This document shows, piece by piece, positions 48,523 to 58,980 of a stretch of DNA of 64,000 nt (position 1 is its first letter; every line of letters starts with the position of its first letter). The notes beneath the pieces were generated by a model. It was given only the letters and a program-made list of their open reading frames with translations. It did no database searches and was not told the DNA's origin. The translations under genes were made by a program, and so were the position numbers. Source of the stretch: Prolixibacteraceae bacterium (GTDB lineage: Bacteria; Bacteroidota; Bacteroidia; Bacteroidales; Prolixibacteraceae); contig JAOARB010000010.1 in the NCBI GenBank assembly GCA_025210775.1, positions 39,502 through 103,501 of the forward strand. The letters are read 5' to 3'.

Positions 48523-49018
48523 ATGCCCAATATTCTGCCACACCATAAAGCATAAAGATACAACACCGAACAAAGCCTAAATAATCTATTTTAAGGCATT
48601 CTAACAGCATTAATCCACAACAGAACCCACAGCAAAAAGATAACGCTAAAACACCCCTTAAATAGACTTCCAGAGAGTTTTTTTCTCCTTTGTGAATAAC
48701 AACCTCACCCTAAAAATTCAAAACATGCTATTTCCCAAAAGACAAAGCCCCCAACAATCCTGATCTTTAAAACCAGATGAATAAAAACAGGACTAAAAAA
48801 ACAATCTCCAAATCACTATATAACTCATTAATTGACTACAAAATCCATTACAATATATCTACAATCATCGTAACCAAACAATAACCTAAGCTTCAAAACA
48901 AAACACAACATCTTATAAACCATTATATTACACAAACAATACTCATTTTTAGTTGGTACATCTTCTTAACAACACAAAAACATGTTTTACAACACCTTTA
49001 TTACTCTGATGGATTTCA

Positions 49019-49026
49019 TATCTTTG
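49019..49026 (+). promoter_or_regulatory. candidate -7 box TATCTTTG upstream of the GH92 gene
   Basis: 169 nt upstream of the ATG at 49195. Motif only. Confidence 0.25.
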
Positions 49027-49194
49027 CTAATACAATAACAATAAGTTTATTCCACAAAAGGCTGTTTTACTAGATAGAACATCTCTTTTTATTCCGCATT
49101 CTTCAGAAAACAAAAACATATCGTCCACAAGTAGACGTATGTTTCTCTATCATACATAGACCAGTAAATTAGTTACATTATTATCACATATTTC

Positions 49195-51495
49195 ATGAAG
49201 AACAGAATCTATACATTAGTTGTTCTTTGCTGCATTGCGTTCTCCGCTTTTGCAAACAAGAACAATACGCCAGTAGACTACGTAAATCCATTAGTTGGAA
49301 GTGACTCCGATTTTTCATTATCAAATGGAAATACCTATCCAGCTATTGCTTTACCATGGGGAATGAACTTTTGGACACCACAAACAGGTCCAATGGGCGA
49401 TGGGTGGACTTATGCATACAACACAAAAAAGATAAGAGGTTTTAAACAAACACACCAACCAAGTCCTTGGATTAACGACTATGCTGCTTTCTCTATCTTT
49501 CCTGAGACAGGAGATCTTAAACTTCTAGGAAAAGATCGTGCAGCTTGGTTTTCTCACAAAGCAGAGATCTCAAAGCCAAATTACTATAGTGTATATTTGG
49601 CAGACTATGATGTAACCACAGAAATCACACCAACAGAAAGAGGGGCACAATTCCGTTTTACCTTTCCTAAAACAGACCAAGCCCACATCTTAGTAGATGG
49701 ATTCTTTAAAGGATCTTATATAAAGATCTTTCCTAAAGAGAGAAAAGTGATTGGTTACTGTAGAAACAACAGTGGTGGAGTACCTGAAAATTTCCACAAC
49801 TACTTTGTTATCTATTTTGATAAAGATTTTAAGACTGTAGGTACATGGAATGCTACAAAGTCTAAAGAGCCTGTGGCGCATTACGCACCAAACGGAACAG
49901 AAGAAGAAGGATATCATGTGGGAGCCGTTCTTACTTTCGAAACCAAAGAAGGAGAACAAGTTCATGCCAAAGTAGCATCTTCTTTCATTAGCTACGAACA
50001 AGCAGAGCTAAACCTAAAAAGAGAGATCGGAAAAGACTCTTTTGACAAGACCCACCACAAAGCAACGTTAGCTTGGAACAAAGAGCTATCAAAAATTAAA
50101 GTAGAAGGTGGCACAACCGACCAGTATCGCACGTTCTATACAGCGCTTTACAGAACCATGCTCTTCCCTCGTAAATTTTACGAGATCAATTCAAAAGACG
50201 AGATCGTACACTATAGCCCATATAACGGGAAAGTAGAAAAAGGATATATGTTTACTGACAATGGATTCTGGGACACATTTAGAGCCGTATTCCCATTCTT
50301 CACATTGATGTATCCTGAATTGGATAGCCAAATTATGGCGGGACTAGTAAACACCTACAAAGAGAGTGGATGGCTTCCTGAATGGGCCAGCCCAGGTCAT
50401 AGAGACTGTATGATTGGCTCAAATTCGGCTGCCATTATCACCGATGCCTACCTTAAAGGTATCCGTGGTTACGATATCGAAACACTATACGAAGCGATCA
50501 TCAAAAACACCAAGAGCAAAGGACCATTAAACTCAGTAGGAAGATACGGTGCCGAAGACTACAACAAATATGGATACGTACCATACGATTCTGGAGTCAA
50601 TGAGAACGCAGCTCGTTCATTAGAATATTCTTATAACGACTGGTGTATTTATGAACTGAGCAAAGCCTTAGACAAACCACAAGAGCAAGTAGATCTATTT
50701 GCCAAAAGAGCAAAGAATTACCAGTTGCTTTTCAATCCAGAAACAGGATTTATGTCTGGTAAAAACAAAGATGGTTCATGGTCTAATGCACGTCCAGACA
50801 AATGGGGAGATGCATTTACAGAAGGTTCTGCATGGCACTACACATGGTCCGTATTCCACGATCCTCAAGGTCTAGCCAACCTATATGGAAGTAGAGAAAA
50901 GATGGCACAACGTTTAGACGAAGTATTCACCTCTGCCCCTACTTTTGACGAGTCATACTATGGTTTCCAGATACACGAGATCACAGAGATGCTTATCGCA
51001 GATATGGGACAGTATGCACATGGAAACCAACCTATCCAGCATGCGATCTATCTATACAACTGGTTAGGACAACCATGGAAAGCACAATATTGGACACGCA
51101 AAGTGATGGATAAGCTATACACTCCTAATGCAGATGGACTATGTGGCGACGAAGATAACGGACAAACATCTGCATGGTATGTTTTCTCTGCGATGGGCTT
51201 CTATCCAGTAGCTCCAGGAACAGGAGAATATGCTTTAGGATCTCCACTGTTCAAGAAAATCACTTTAACACTAGAGAATGGCAAAAAGTTTGTAATCCAA
51301 GCCGATCAGAACAACGATCAAAATGTATACATCCAGAATGCCAATCTTAACGGATCGACACACCTTAAGAACTATATAACACACAAACAAATCACACAAG
51401 GAGGAAAACTTACTTTCAGAATGGGTAACAAACCAAATAAGAAAAGAGGTACCAAGGTATCTACTTTCCCATACTCATTCTCAAATAAGAAATAA
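49195..51495 (+). CDS. GH92-family alpha-mannosidase
   Basis: 766 aa. Signal peptide. NGNTYPAIALPWGMNFWTPQT, GFKQTHQPSPWINDY and CGDEDNGQTSAWYVFSAMGFYPV are typical of GH92. Confidence 0.9.
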   Translation: MKNRIYTLVVLCCIAFSAFANKNNTPVDYVNPLVGSDSDFSLSNGNTYPAIALPWGMNFWTPQTGPMGDGWTYAYNTKKIRGFKQTHQPSPWINDYAAFSIFPETGDLKLLGKDRAAWFSHKAEISKPNYYSVYLADYDVTTEITPTERGAQFRFTFPKTDQAHILVDGFFKGSYIKIFPKERKVIGYCRNNSGGVPENFHNYFVIYFDKDFKTVGTWNATKSKEPVAHYAPNGTEEEGYHVGAVLTFETKEGEQVHAKVASSFISYEQAELNLKREIGKDSFDKTHHKATLAWNKELSKIKVEGGTTDQYRTFYTALYRTMLFPRKFYEINSKDEIVHYSPYNGKVEKGYMFTDNGFWDTFRAVFPFFTLMYPELDSQIMAGLVNTYKESGWLPEWASPGHRDCMIGSNSAAIITDAYLKGIRGYDIETLYEAIIKNTKSKGPLNSVGRYGAEDYNKYGYVPYDSGVNENAARSLEYSYNDWCIYELSKALDKPQEQVDLFAKRAKNYQLLFNPETGFMSGKNKDGSWSNARPDKWGDAFTEGSAWHYTWSVFHDPQGLANLYGSREKMAQRLDEVFTSAPTFDESYYGFQIHEITEMLIADMGQYAHGNQPIQHAIYLYNWLGQPWKAQYWTRKVMDKLYTPNADGLCGDEDNGQTSAWYVFSAMGFYPVAPGTGEYALGSPLFKKITLTLENGKKFVIQADQNNDQNVYIQNANLNGSTHLKNYITHKQITQGGKLTFRMGNKPNKKRGTKVSTFPYSFSNKK

Positions 51496-51522
51496 TCCAC
51501 ATTTGACTAATTTCGAATAGAT

Positions 51523-51553
51523 AAGGGAACCGAGCCATTGGTTCCCTTTTTTT
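51523..51553 (+). terminator. intrinsic terminator
   Basis: Stem AAGGGAACC/GGTTCCCTT followed by TTTTT. Confidence 0.65.
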
Positions 51554-51911
51554 ACCACTACTCCCTTAATACAAGCCATTCACCCAAACAGTAAACATGG
51601 TTTCATTAAGGGAAAAGAGGAGATACATCACTTGTTTAGAGGCAGAACACGAGTGATTGTCTCCTCCTATTTTTTATCCCCCACGCCAAAACAGATCAAC
51701 AAAATATTCCCTTCCACCTAACCTCAACCCTTCTTACCGTACAGGAACTAATATTTCTCTATCCAGCCGATCTGAATAACCACTTCTAAACAAACCAACC
51801 TCCCAATCTCTCTAAAGCATCAACATAATCCATACTTTAACGTTATGCTATTTTTTAACACACAAACCAGATATCCCTAAAAGAAAAAGATGTTTATATC
51901 CTATTATTATC

Positions 51912-51919
51912 TATATTTG
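51912..51919 (+). promoter_or_regulatory. candidate -7 box TATATTTG
   Basis: 22 nt upstream of the ATG at 51941. Confidence 0.4.
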
Positions 51920-51940
51920 TGATAAATAATTACGAGAGGT

Positions 51941-52345
51941 ATGACGCAAGCAAGAAATTCAAGAAAAAGAATCGTTGCAGGAGCTATAATGCTACTGTAC
52001 TTCTTTTCTGTGTGGTTTGCTCACCTGTCCCACTCCAACTTCCACTGTCATGACGGCGAAGAACAAGACGCTCACAGCTCATGTCACATCACGGTTTGTC
52101 ATCACAACCACTTCCAACAGGAAAGTAACAAAGAGTGGAAAGCGACCTCTCATCTATGTAAATGGTTCAAATATTTACATCCACAACTTCACACATCAGC
52201 CACAACGATTGGTGAAGTCAAAGAGGTATGCTGGACAGTTACAGCACCACCCATTATCTTTTCTCCTTCAAAAAGGATAGAATATATTCAACTTCATCGG
52301 GGGCCTCCTTGTTGTTACAATACATCATTCACACATTTGATTTAG
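51941..52345 (+). CDS. small membrane-anchored His/Cys-rich protein
   Basis: 134 aa. One N-terminal TM helix, then 9 His and 3 Cys within 32 residues (AHLSHSNFHCHDGEEQDAHSSCHITVCHHNHF). RGPPCC lies near the C-terminus. The stop is 21 nt before the TonB-dependent receptor gene. Confidence 0.55.
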   Translation: MTQARNSRKRIVAGAIMLLYFFSVWFAHLSHSNFHCHDGEEQDAHSSCHITVCHHNHFQQESNKEWKATSHLCKWFKYLHPQLHTSATTIGEVKEVCWTVTAPPIIFSPSKRIEYIQLHRGPPCCYNTSFTHLI

Positions 52346-52366
52346 TAACAACAGAAAATATTCAAA

Positions 52367-54646
52367 ATGAATAAATTAACATACTTATTAACAATCATAT
52401 TATTTATGATTGAGGGAGCATATGCCCAAAAAACAGTCACAATAAAAGACCATCATACACAGGAATCTATTCCATATGTTGCACTATACAATCCAGAGAA
52501 CCGTCAAGGATTGGTAGCAGACGAAAATGGACAGATCACCTTCCCTGAGAGTGCCATCCATAGCAAGATGCAGCTCTCTTCTATTGGCTACGAATCAAAA
52601 ATGATTCTAGTAAAAGAGGTAATAGACGGAAGCACCATCTATCTGAACCCAACCCATCTAAAGATCGACGAAGTAGTGATCTCTGGAACCTCTCCATCAC
52701 TACAAAAGCAGGAGGTGATGAATGTAGAATACCTAAAGCTTAAAAACAGCGCTTTAAGCAACTCTCTATCTGAAACCATCTCTTCTGTACCAGGAGTACA
52801 ACAAGTAACCACTGGTACAGCCATCGGTAAACCGACCATTCGAGGCCTTTCAGGTACACGAGTAGCCGTATTTACCCATGGGATAAGACTAGAAAACCAA
52901 CAGTGGGGAGCAGAACACGGGCTAGGATTAGATGCCACAGGAATAGAAGGAGCAGAAGTAATCAAAGGTCCAGCCAGTCTTCTATACGGAAGCGATGCAC
53001 TAGGAGGCGTACTCTATCTTGTAGACGATCGTTTTGTACCAAGCAATCAGACCCATATCGAAGTAGGCAACACCTATAATACCAACACCCAAGGCATCGA
53101 CAACTACGGTAAGATCTACTGGAGTAAAGACCGATGGAGCATCAATGTGAGTGGAAGCCATCGCAACCATAAAGATTATAAAGATGGAGATGGGAACATC
53201 ATTACCAACACCCGATTTCACACTACCGATTTCAAATCGAAGGTAGGATATAGAAGCAAATTTTGGAACACAACCCTTTCCTACAACCATCTAGACGAGA
53301 AATATGGCATCAACGAAGATGGCGATATCGGAGGCGACCGTTCACGCTCAATGATGGCTCCATACCAACCGATAAAAACAGACATCCTTAGTAGTGAAAA
53401 CATCTTCTATCTCCCATCCTCAAAAATCAAACTTACCCTAGGCTATATCTCTAACGAAAGAAAAGAGATCGAAGGAGAAGAACACCATCATCACGAAGAA
53501 GGTGATGAGCACCATCATCATGACGAAGGAGAAGTTCATGAAGACGAGGAACACCACGAGGAGGAAGAAGAAGGAGAACATGTAGGATTACAGATGCTAC
53601 TACGCACCTACTCTTATAACGCTCAATGGATCAAAGAATTTGAAAACAACAACCAATGGATCGTAGGTAGCCAAGGCGTATTCAAAAGAAATGAGAACCA
53701 TTCAGACGAACAGCTAATCCCTAATACCGATTCTAGAAATGTAGGACTATTCACCACCTACAACTGGAAACTAACCGATCATGCCAACCTCCTTCTTGGT
53801 GGTAGATACGATCTACAAAACATAAACAGCACCCTAGAAGATGGGACACAAAAAGATAGAGACTATGCAGCCTTCTCTTTCTCTGCAGGACTAAACTGGT
53901 ATTTAACAGAGAAGTTATCCATCAAAACCAATCTATCCTCAGGCTATCGTGCACCGAACATCTATGAGCTAGCAAGTAACGGATCACACCCATCAGCCAA
54001 CAGATACGAGATAGGAAATGAAGAGCTTAAAAAAGAACAAGCCCTTCAGCTAGACATCGCAACAGAATATAGAGGGGAACATTTTGGATGGTATATCAAC
54101 CCATTTATTAACAGAATACAAAACTATATCTATCTATCCCCAACAGGAGAAAAGAAAGAATCGCTAAAAGTCTACCAATACAAACAAAACGATGCTGTGC
54201 TATATGGTGGAGAAGCTGGGATACACTACCATCCCCACCAAATCCATTGGATGCACCTTAACTCAGACCTAAGCATGGTATACAGCCAAGACAATGATGG
54301 CAATGCAATCGCATTAACACCAGCCACTAGAATCTTGACCAAACTATCTTTCGATATTCCAACATCCCCAAAACAACCGTTGCAAATCTTCGGTCAATAC
54401 GACCACTCTTTTGCACAAAACAGGGTAGCGGATTACGAAACCAAAACACCGAGCTATGGACTAGTAAACTTAGGGATCTCTGGAGCCTATCGTTTCTCTA
54501 CTCATTTTGCTATCAACTACGAGTTAAAAGCAAACAACGTGCTAGACAAAACATACGCTTCCCACCTATCTAGATACAAAGACCTTGGCATAAACAACCT
54601 AGGACGCTCTGTAGTATTAGGAATCAATTTCCCTATAGACCTATAA
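52367..54646 (+). CDS. TonB-dependent receptor with His/Glu-rich insert (candidate metal, e.g. zinc, transporter)
   Basis: 759 aa. CarboxypepD_reg-like N-terminus, a plug (VQQVTTGTAIGKPTIRGLSG, GGVLYLV) and a beta-barrel. The insert EGEEHHHHEEGDEHHHHDEGEVHEDEEHHEEEEEGEH is encoded at 53471-53581. Confidence 0.88.
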   Translation: MNKLTYLLTIILFMIEGAYAQKTVTIKDHHTQESIPYVALYNPENRQGLVADENGQITFPESAIHSKMQLSSIGYESKMILVKEVIDGSTIYLNPTHLKIDEVVISGTSPSLQKQEVMNVEYLKLKNSALSNSLSETISSVPGVQQVTTGTAIGKPTIRGLSGTRVAVFTHGIRLENQQWGAEHGLGLDATGIEGAEVIKGPASLLYGSDALGGVLYLVDDRFVPSNQTHIEVGNTYNTNTQGIDNYGKIYWSKDRWSINVSGSHRNHKDYKDGDGNIITNTRFHTTDFKSKVGYRSKFWNTTLSYNHLDEKYGINEDGDIGGDRSRSMMAPYQPIKTDILSSENIFYLPSSKIKLTLGYISNERKEIEGEEHHHHEEGDEHHHHDEGEVHEDEEHHEEEEEGEHVGLQMLLRTYSYNAQWIKEFENNNQWIVGSQGVFKRNENHSDEQLIPNTDSRNVGLFTTYNWKLTDHANLLLGGRYDLQNINSTLEDGTQKDRDYAAFSFSAGLNWYLTEKLSIKTNLSSGYRAPNIYELASNGSHPSANRYEIGNEELKKEQALQLDIATEYRGEHFGWYINPFINRIQNYIYLSPTGEKKESLKVYQYKQNDAVLYGGEAGIHYHPHQIHWMHLNSDLSMVYSQDNDGNAIALTPATRILTKLSFDIPTSPKQPLQIFGQYDHSFAQNRVADYETKTPSYGLVNLGISGAYRFSTHFAINYELKANNVLDKTYASHLSRYKDLGINNLGRSVVLGINFPIDL

Positions 54647-54678
54647 ATTAAATTTCAATTCGAAATATTAATTCTACG

Positions 54679-54708
54679 ACAAGGGGCCACTACGGTCCCT
54701 TGTTTTTT
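54679..54708 (+). terminator. intrinsic terminator
   Basis: Stem CAAGGGGCC/GGTCCCTTG followed by TTTTTT. Confidence 0.6.
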
Positions 54709-55120
54709 GCTATACCATAAAAAGAGAAGAAATCTAGCCCCAGTAAATTTTTGTCACCTATAAATCTTATCCATCAAATAATCAATATACTGATATAAAG
54801 AATCTAATGTTATTTTAGAAAAAGCAATAATAACCAACATTTTCTTTAAAGTTAAACCAAACGATTTCGGGAACAACAATCCATTATATCCTACAAAAAA
54901 GCAACCAATATAATCACCCTCTCATAAAACTGTATTGCAATTTTTAATATGATTGCAAGATCAAATTTACAAAGACACATATTTTGAACTAACAAACACT
55001 GAGCTTACAAAACAATTAACATTGCAAACCTTTAATAACATAAACTAACTTTTTTATACAAAAAACCATCATTACATCACTGCTTTAACTATATTGCACA
55101 TAAATTTTAATTTAAATACA

Positions 55121-57490
55121 ATGCAATATCCTAACATTCTAACCCCCAAAATATGTTTTTTGTTGACTTTTATTGTTTTCACAATGAATGCATTTTCTCA
55201 AATAGAGATTAAAGGCAATATCTTAACAGAAGAACATCAACCTATTCAGTTTGCGAATGTAGTCCTTAGAAAGAACAATAAAATAATAGAGTATGCAATA
55301 TCAGATATTGAAGGTAAATTTAAAATTGAGTCAGAAAAAAAAGACAGTCTAGAATTAGAAATCAGTTATATAGGATACCATAAATATACTAGATCAATAT
55401 CTCACTCAGAAGAACTAAAAGATCTAGTTCTAGAAACCAACAATGTACTTAAAGAGGTAACTGTAAATAAACATAGAAAAATCGTTGAAAAGAAAGTAGA
55501 CCGCATTATTTTAAACGTGCAGGGTATCAACACCGTCATTGGTGCCTCTTCCATTGATGTACTAAAAGTAGCACCACGAATACGTGTTGACGATCAAAAC
55601 ATCACAATGATTGGTAAAGACCATGTTTTGGTAATGATTAATGATCGAAAAATTAAAATGTCAGGACAAGAACTGGTAAACTACCTTCAACAACTTCCAA
55701 GCAAAGAGATCAAGTCTATTGAAGTTATCACCACTCCCCCCTCAAAGTATAAAGCACAAGGAAACGATGGAATGATAAATATTGTCACCCATAAAGTCAA
55801 AAAAGACTATTGGAATTTAACGCCTTCAGGATTCTACGAACAAGCAAAGAAAGGAAGTTATGGACTATCAAGCTCCTTTAACCTTAGAAAAAGGAAAACC
55901 GCTTTAACCCTCTATGGTAGCACCAATAACTACACTAGAGAACCTAATGCATATGATAAATACTATTTACCAGAAGGTCAATCCGAAGAAAGGAATAAAA
56001 AAAGAAATAAATCCAACATAGGCAATATTCGTGCGAGTCTAACACATGCTCTTTCCGACCAATGGGAACTAGGATTAGATCTAACCTATGGCTGTAATAG
56101 ATACAATAACACATCTTATCTTGAATCTATATTCTCTCCTAAATCAAATCCTGTAACAACAACCAACAATAAGAGCACTTCTGAAAGAGATCAGGAATAT
56201 TTTACCTCAACACTCTATTCCAAAATTAAGTTAGATAGTCTAGGGAAAAAACTATCTATCGATCTAGATTATTTAAAGACAGAGAATCCAAGCATTTATG
56301 ATTTCTACAACTCCGATCCTTCACAAGTAAAATCAGCACAGAATATGTCTGTTAACTTAAAGAACTACCAAGGAAAGATTGATCTAGAACTTCCTATTGC
56401 AACAGGAGATCTATCTATTGGGACGTCTTATTCTCATTCAGAAACCACAAATGAATATGCATTCAAGATCTACCCAACAACGATCATGGCCCCTAATAAA
56501 GACCTATTTCTTTTTGATGAATCGACCTTTGCCACCTATATCTCAGCCAGCCTTTATATTTCAGAAACTATAGAAACACAGATAGGTACTCGAGTCGAAA
56601 GAAACTATAGACACTTTAGTTCAAATCAAATTAAAGAGGATAAGACATATAACCAATGGCAATTATTCCCGACACTTTATCTTACCTATTTCCCAAATGA
56701 CAACCAAGAAATCTCATTAAGCTATAATAAACGTATTAGAAGGCCACTGTTTACCCTTCTGAATCCATATAAAAAGCAGACAAATGAATATTCATACTAT
56801 CAAGGCAATCCCAATCTTAAACCACAACTAGTAGATAATATCGAGATAAATCATATATATAAAAACAATTTAAGTAGTTCGATATACTACACTCACACGC
56901 ATGATGGCTCATCAATGTACCTAATGATGAATCCAGACAATTACACAAAAGTATGGACACCTATAAACTACTACACGTTACATGAGGTAGGGATATCAGA
57001 AGGAATCTCATATAACTACTTTAAAATCTTTGAGTCGTATTTCATGCTAGACCTATATTGGAGCAAACTTGTAAGTCACCGCCCACAACTAATATCTGAC
57101 ATAGAGGGCTATGGTGGAGCAATGAATATTGATACCACAATCAAATTTAATAAAAAACTAAGTTGTAATATTAATGTCGACTATGCTTTCCCTAGCACCT
57201 ATGCCAGTACCAAGAACCGTTCTTGTCTTACCATAGATATGGGCATCCAGGCATATCTTATCAAGAAAAAACTCCTTCTAAGAGCAACATATTCTGATAT
57301 GTTTAGAACCAACAAACAAAAGTTTGACAAATACTCAAACACAGTGAACTCATATCATGAATATTATGCCGATGCACAAAGATTAAATCTACGATTAAGT
57401 TACTTTATTGGTAGCCATAAGGTAAGAGGAGTGAGAAAGAAAACCAATTCATACAAAATAAAAGGAAGAGCTCTTGCGACTGAAGAATAA
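55121..57490 (+). CDS. outer-membrane beta-barrel family protein (TonB-dependent-receptor-like)
   Basis: ATG at 55121 (the track ORF opens with TTG at 55094). Signal peptide, CarboxypepD_reg-like domain (IKGNILTEEHQPIQFANVVL...DIEGKFKI), a plug-like segment (IEVITTPPSKYKAQGNDGMINIVT), and a long barrel. Confidence 0.8.
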   Translation: MQYPNILTPKICFLLTFIVFTMNAFSQIEIKGNILTEEHQPIQFANVVLRKNNKIIEYAISDIEGKFKIESEKKDSLELEISYIGYHKYTRSISHSEELKDLVLETNNVLKEVTVNKHRKIVEKKVDRIILNVQGINTVIGASSIDVLKVAPRIRVDDQNITMIGKDHVLVMINDRKIKMSGQELVNYLQQLPSKEIKSIEVITTPPSKYKAQGNDGMINIVTHKVKKDYWNLTPSGFYEQAKKGSYGLSSSFNLRKRKTALTLYGSTNNYTREPNAYDKYYLPEGQSEERNKKRNKSNIGNIRASLTHALSDQWELGLDLTYGCNRYNNTSYLESIFSPKSNPVTTTNNKSTSERDQEYFTSTLYSKIKLDSLGKKLSIDLDYLKTENPSIYDFYNSDPSQVKSAQNMSVNLKNYQGKIDLELPIATGDLSIGTSYSHSETTNEYAFKIYPTTIMAPNKDLFLFDESTFATYISASLYISETIETQIGTRVERNYRHFSSNQIKEDKTYNQWQLFPTLYLTYFPNDNQEISLSYNKRIRRPLFTLLNPYKKQTNEYSYYQGNPNLKPQLVDNIEINHIYKNNLSSSIYYTHTHDGSSMYLMMNPDNYTKVWTPINYYTLHEVGISEGISYNYFKIFESYFMLDLYWSKLVSHRPQLISDIEGYGGAMNIDTTIKFNKKLSCNINVDYAFPSTYASTKNRSCLTIDMGIQAYLIKKKLLLRATYSDMFRTNKQKFDKYSNTVNSYHEYYADAQRLNLRLSYFIGSHKVRGVRKKTNSYKIKGRALATEE

Positions 57491-57568
57491 ATTAATGTAG
57501 ACAAAAGTCAACATACTTAAGTATTTGTTTTAAAATTTCGGCACTTCGACATAGCCTAGAGCATAAAA

Positions 57569-57625
57569 AATCTAATAAATACAGCAGGAATAACTTACAA
57601 GTAATCCTACTGTATTTATTAGATT
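57569..57625. repeat. 21-bp-stem inverted repeat (possible terminator or island boundary)
   Basis: AATCTAATAAATACAGCAGGA, then 15 nt, then TCCTACTGTATTTATTAGATT. One mismatch. No T-run. Sits 79 nt after the stop of the barrel gene. Confidence 0.6.
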
Positions 57626-57979
57626 GAATAAGAACTATCTATGATGGTATAAACTTCCGCCATCACAAAAAAAGGAAGTATAAAAAATATACAGGCAAAT
57701 AGAGATTTCATAATAGTTAGATTTTGGTTTTAATATTTATGCTACGGGATCGTAAAAACATAAAATGCCTCTTCAAAAAGAAGATATATTAAAATTAGTG
57801 AAAATAAATCAACAAAAGCAAATAACACCCAACAAAAACAACTTAAACAACAGATTATAAGCGCAAAAGAGGCAGCCCTAAAAGGACCACTTCCAAACAA
57901 ACCTAAAAAGATAATTATGTCATCCATATTTGCGGATTCTGTTGAAGCAGTAGATGAAATAATGCAGCTGTGATTCAAA

Positions 57980-58019
57980 CGACAAATAAAAATGGCAGAC
58001 ACATGGATCTGCACCCTAC
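57980..58019 (-). repeat. terminator-like hairpin repeat, copy A
   Basis: Plus strand CGACAAATAAAAATGGCAGACACATGGATCTGCACCCTAC. The minus strand gives GCAGA/TCTGC followed by a T-run. It is a direct repeat of copy B. Confidence 0.6.
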
Positions 58020-58477
58020 GATGGATAAAACACTGATTATTAAATATGTATGCAAATAAAAAAGATCTATGCCCACACTTTTTAATCTGTATTAAATGCC
58101 AATTATAACGCAAACCAAATTTCGAAGGGAAGGGATGATATGGTTTTAATTTTAGATATTGTCTTACTTTCTCAACATACATTGTTTCATTGCATTAAAC
58201 AGTAAGATTCTAGCCAAAAAGTTATTCGTGAAAAGTTATATAAAAATGATATACCTAATTCTCACATAAGAAAACATCTAACATAGTAATCTCTAATTAT
58301 GTGTGTTTTATTTGACTTAAAACTAGATAATCAACAAAAGAGAAGAATTTTATACCAGTTTTTAAATAACATTGACTTAAATCAAAGAATGATTGCTTAG
58401 ATGTTTTTAAGTAAATACCATTGAAATATTTTATTGATTCGACAGATTATTGATTCTTAAGTACGTGTTACAAAACG

Positions 58478-58972
58478 TTAATCTTTACAAGTCCATATGG
58501 TGTCTTTTCTTTCTTTAGGATGACTACAACACCACATATTCGGATTATCTACAGAACGATGATAAGCAAAGAATGCTATACAATCTTTGCTACAATCTCT
58601 ATTCCTTCCAGTTCCATCTCCATATATTTCATGCTTTTTATCCTCTCTGTGATCAATGTAATATTCAGTACAAGCAGTTTTTTCGAAAAACAAAATAAAA
58701 AACAGGTTAACATCTGTATTTTCACATATAATAGAGTCTGTAGCTAAAAAACTTTTTGTATACAAATAGTCATTGATTAGGCTATCAATAATTAATTTAT
58801 TCTTAGGCAGATTATCTATTAAAAGATATTCTCTGAGTATAAATTTAGATAAATCGCCTCTTTGTGAAACTCCAGTCTTACTCTTAATTCTAGACACCTT
58901 AGGTACTTTTTCTTCAGTGAATGTACAGGAAGACAAAATACCTAAAACTAATAGTAATAAAATGTACTTCAT
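58478..58972 (-). CDS. Cys-rich lipoprotein (candidate immunity protein)
   Basis: 164 aa. Lipobox ILSSC and 8 further Cys. Its start is 8 nt after the stop of the 544-aa gene. Very AT-rich. Confidence 0.65.
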   Translation of the reverse strand: MKYILLLLVLGILSSCTFTEEKVPKVSRIKSKTGVSQRGDLSKFILREYLLIDNLPKNKLIIDSLINDYLYTKSFLATDSIICENTDVNLFFILFFEKTACTEYYIDHREDKKHEIYGDGTGRNRDCSKDCIAFFAYHRSVDNPNMWCCSHPKERKDTIWTCKD

Positions 58973-58980
58973 TATTAAAA

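Noticed and set aside
52017-52280. An 87-aa ORF in an alternative frame overlapping 51941-52345.
   Set aside because: The 134-aa frame has a TM anchor, a good promoter box and tight spacing to the receptor gene. The alternative frame has none of these.
57742-58182. A 146-aa minus-strand ORF. Within it is a 61-aa hydrophobic sub-ORF (57742-57927), and next to it a 30-aa ORF (57619-57711).
   Set aside because: The long ORF reads straight through hairpin repeat A (57980-58019), which looks like a terminator. The composition is low-complexity and AT-rich, and no motif is present. The short hydrophobic ORFs could be real small membrane peptides, but there is nothing beyond hydrophobicity to support them.
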